Origin: an uncultured archaeon
GTDB lineage: Archaea > Asgardarchaeota > Lokiarchaeia > Sigyniarchaeales > SOKP01
Direction of reading: 5' to 3'
Assembly: GCA_964508365.1 (NCBI GenBank)
Contig: CAZDTP010000053.1
Span: 1 to 27,909 of the forward strand
Length of the DNA: 27,909 bases
Shown in pieces: positions 26,011 to 27,909 of the stretch. The position numbers and the translations under genes were made by a program. Each line of letters begins with the position of its first letter. The stretch's first letter is position 1. A model generated the notes under the pieces. It saw only the letters and a program-made list of their open reading frames with translations. It had not been told where the DNA came from and ran no database searches.

Positions 26011-27909
26011 CTATATCTCTTCCAATATAGCATCAATTTGCTTCTCGTATTGGGGTTCACGATAGTATCTTAAAGTTATTGCTTCTGAGGGACAATTAGC
26101 TAAACAAGAACCACAACCTCTACATAGGATTTCATTGACTTCAGCACCGTCGGATTCAACTTCAATAGCGTTATAAGGGCAATTCAGTTGACATAATCCA
26201 CACTTCGCACATTTTTCATTATCGACAGTTGCACGAATTAAGAGAATTCGGTATTTATCCTTCAGCATTAATCTTGCTAAAGAAGATGCCGCAGCTCTCC
26301 CTTGCGCTATTGATTCTGAAATCGATTTTGGCCCTTGAGATACACCAGCTAATACTATTCCCGGAATTTTAGTGTCGATAGGATTTAAGCGCGAATGAAA
26401 TTCCTTGAAAAATCCATCGTGGCTTTTTTCAAGTTTCAAAATCCTCGCTAGCTTTTCTATCCCTTTAGCTGGTACCATAGCATTAGATAAAACAACCAGA
26501 TCATATTCAAATTCTTTTAATCCAGTAGTTCCAACAGTGTTTTGTAATATTACCTTAAGATTGTGCGTTTTGGGATCCTCTTTAAGTCTGGATACATTTG
26601 TTCTGATGTATCTTATTCCTTCTTTCCTTGAAGCTGTGAAGTATTCCTCGTAATCTTTCCCAGCAGCTCTTATATCCATGTAAGCTACAGTAACATCAAT
26701 ATCCGGAGCGTGTTGTTTGATGAGTTTTGTGTTCTTAACGGAGATCATACAACACACACCTGCACTACAGTAAGTATTCCTCGTTAAATCTCTTGATCCA
26801 ACGCATTGAATAAACAGAACGCTTTTAGGTTTTTTTCCATCAGAAGGACGTTTTAAGTGCCCAACAGTAGGTCCGTTTGGCGCTAATATTCTTTCAAGTT
26901 TTAATTGAGTGATTACATTAGGGTAGACATTATAACCTAAATAACCCGTTTCAGGTTCGTATTCGTCCCATCCCGTTGCTACAACTATAGTACCAACCTC
27001 AATTTCTAAAATTTCGTCTTCCTGGTCGAAATCAATTGCATCAACCTCACACGCTTTCTCGCATAGGTTACACTTGATGCATTGCGTCATATCGATTTGT
27101 GCTAACATCGGAACTGCTTGCGCAAACGATGCATATATAGCTTTTCTAGGATTCAGTCCTTCGTTAAATTCGTTATATCCGTAAGCAGGACAGACTTCCC
27201 AACAAGCACCACAGCCGTTACATTCGTTAGTTACATATCTTGCTTTTTTCCGGATTCTAACCTTAAAATTACCTACAAATCCAGTTACTTCTTCAACTTC
27301 ACTATAGGTATGTAAGTTTAACCCCGGGGTTCTAACTGTTTGGAGCATTACTGGGCCGAGGATTCATATGCTACAATCGTCCGTAGGAAAAGTTCGGTCA
27401 AGCTTTGCCATTTTTCCACCTATTGTAGGTTTTTTCTCTACTAAGTGCACATCAAATCCTTCTTCGGCTAGATCTATTCCTGCAGATAATCCCGCGACTC
27501 CACCACCAATAATAAGAGCTCTTTTTGTTATATCTACTTCTCTAATGAGAATTTTCTCTAAGGTAGCAGCTCGAGCGACTCCCGCGCGAATAGCATCTTC
27601 GGCTGTACTTTTAGCTCCGGGTATATCATTTCTATGAACGAAACTTGAGTGCTCTCGAATATTAACGAATTCTAAATATGATGGATCCAAATTCATCGAC
27701 TCTAATACGCTTTTGAAAACAGGTTCATGCGTTTTTGGAGTGCACGAAGCCATAAGCAATCGATTAGCGTTAAATTCAATCATCTTTTCTTTTATAAACT
27801 CAGCACCGGACTGTGTGCATAGAGAGATATAATCTATTGCTTCAACGACGTTCGGTAAAGTTTTCGAATATTCTGCTAACGCTTTAGTATCTATTATTTC
27901 GGCGATATT
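26011..27909 (-). CDS. hdrA: Heterodisulfide reductase subunit A, selenoprotein (5' truncated by window edge); split into two ORFs in the track
   Basis: One continuous frame from 27909 (NIAEIIDT...SLCTQSG...ASCTPKTHE). It contains the FAD motif IIGGGVAG, then FPTDDCSI-U-ILGP with TGA at 27364-27366 replacing the Cys of DCxxC, ferredoxin inserts CNGCGAC and CIKCNLC, QCVGSRD, YCSAGVCC, and C-terminal CAKCGLC and CRGCGSC. TAG at 26011-26013. Confidence 0.93.

Noticed and set aside
694-27637. Remaining short ORFs of 60-100 aa in the track
   Set aside because: All lie antisense to, or out of frame within, well-supported genes and show no motifs or SD sites.
26011-27783. hdrA as a split gene or pseudogene (two ORFs in the track)
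   Set aside because: Both pieces are in the same frame, separated only by one TGA at a conserved Cys position, with intact motifs on both sides and a SECIS downstream.
1-27909. CRISPR array, tRNA, rRNA, transposase or terminal inverted repeats
   Set aside because: No regularly spaced direct repeats, cloverleaf or IS signatures were seen by eye. Intergenic gaps are short and explained by promoters, terminators and the SECIS.

Overview
AT-rich archaeal chromosomal segment with strong Asgard (Lokiarchaeia-like) character, inferred from its gene content. It holds 21 protein genes, two of them cut by the window edges. In order: a membrane-anchored Ig-like-repeat surface protein tightly coupled to a longin/uDENN-like + winged-helix protein, a RuBisCO-like protein (form IV), three HEAT-like + LRR paralogues, a Zn-ribbon/longin-like protein, hisC, a gelsolin-domain protein, ATP-dependent DNA ligase, a complete acetone carboxylase acxABC cluster downstream of a ferredoxin and a divergent AOR, AMP phosphorylase, an M24B peptidase, a SNAP-like TPR + Ig-fold protein, an internally duplicated membrane protein, and an hdrA-mvhD pair. 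The ORF track misses three things. (1) hdrA and mvhD are selenoprotein genes with three in-frame UGA codons at Cys-equivalent positions. They are followed by one eukaryote-type SECIS hairpin (25455..25523) that appears to serve both cistrons. (2) The LRR gene at 10077 extends 99 codons upstream to an AUU codon behind a GAGGU Shine-Dalgarno site. (3) The gene at 4735 extends 74 codons upstream, including a CxxC-x13-CxxC ribbon, with no canonical start. I saw no rRNA, tRNA, CRISPR array or transposase. All family assignments come from motif recognition, without database searches.
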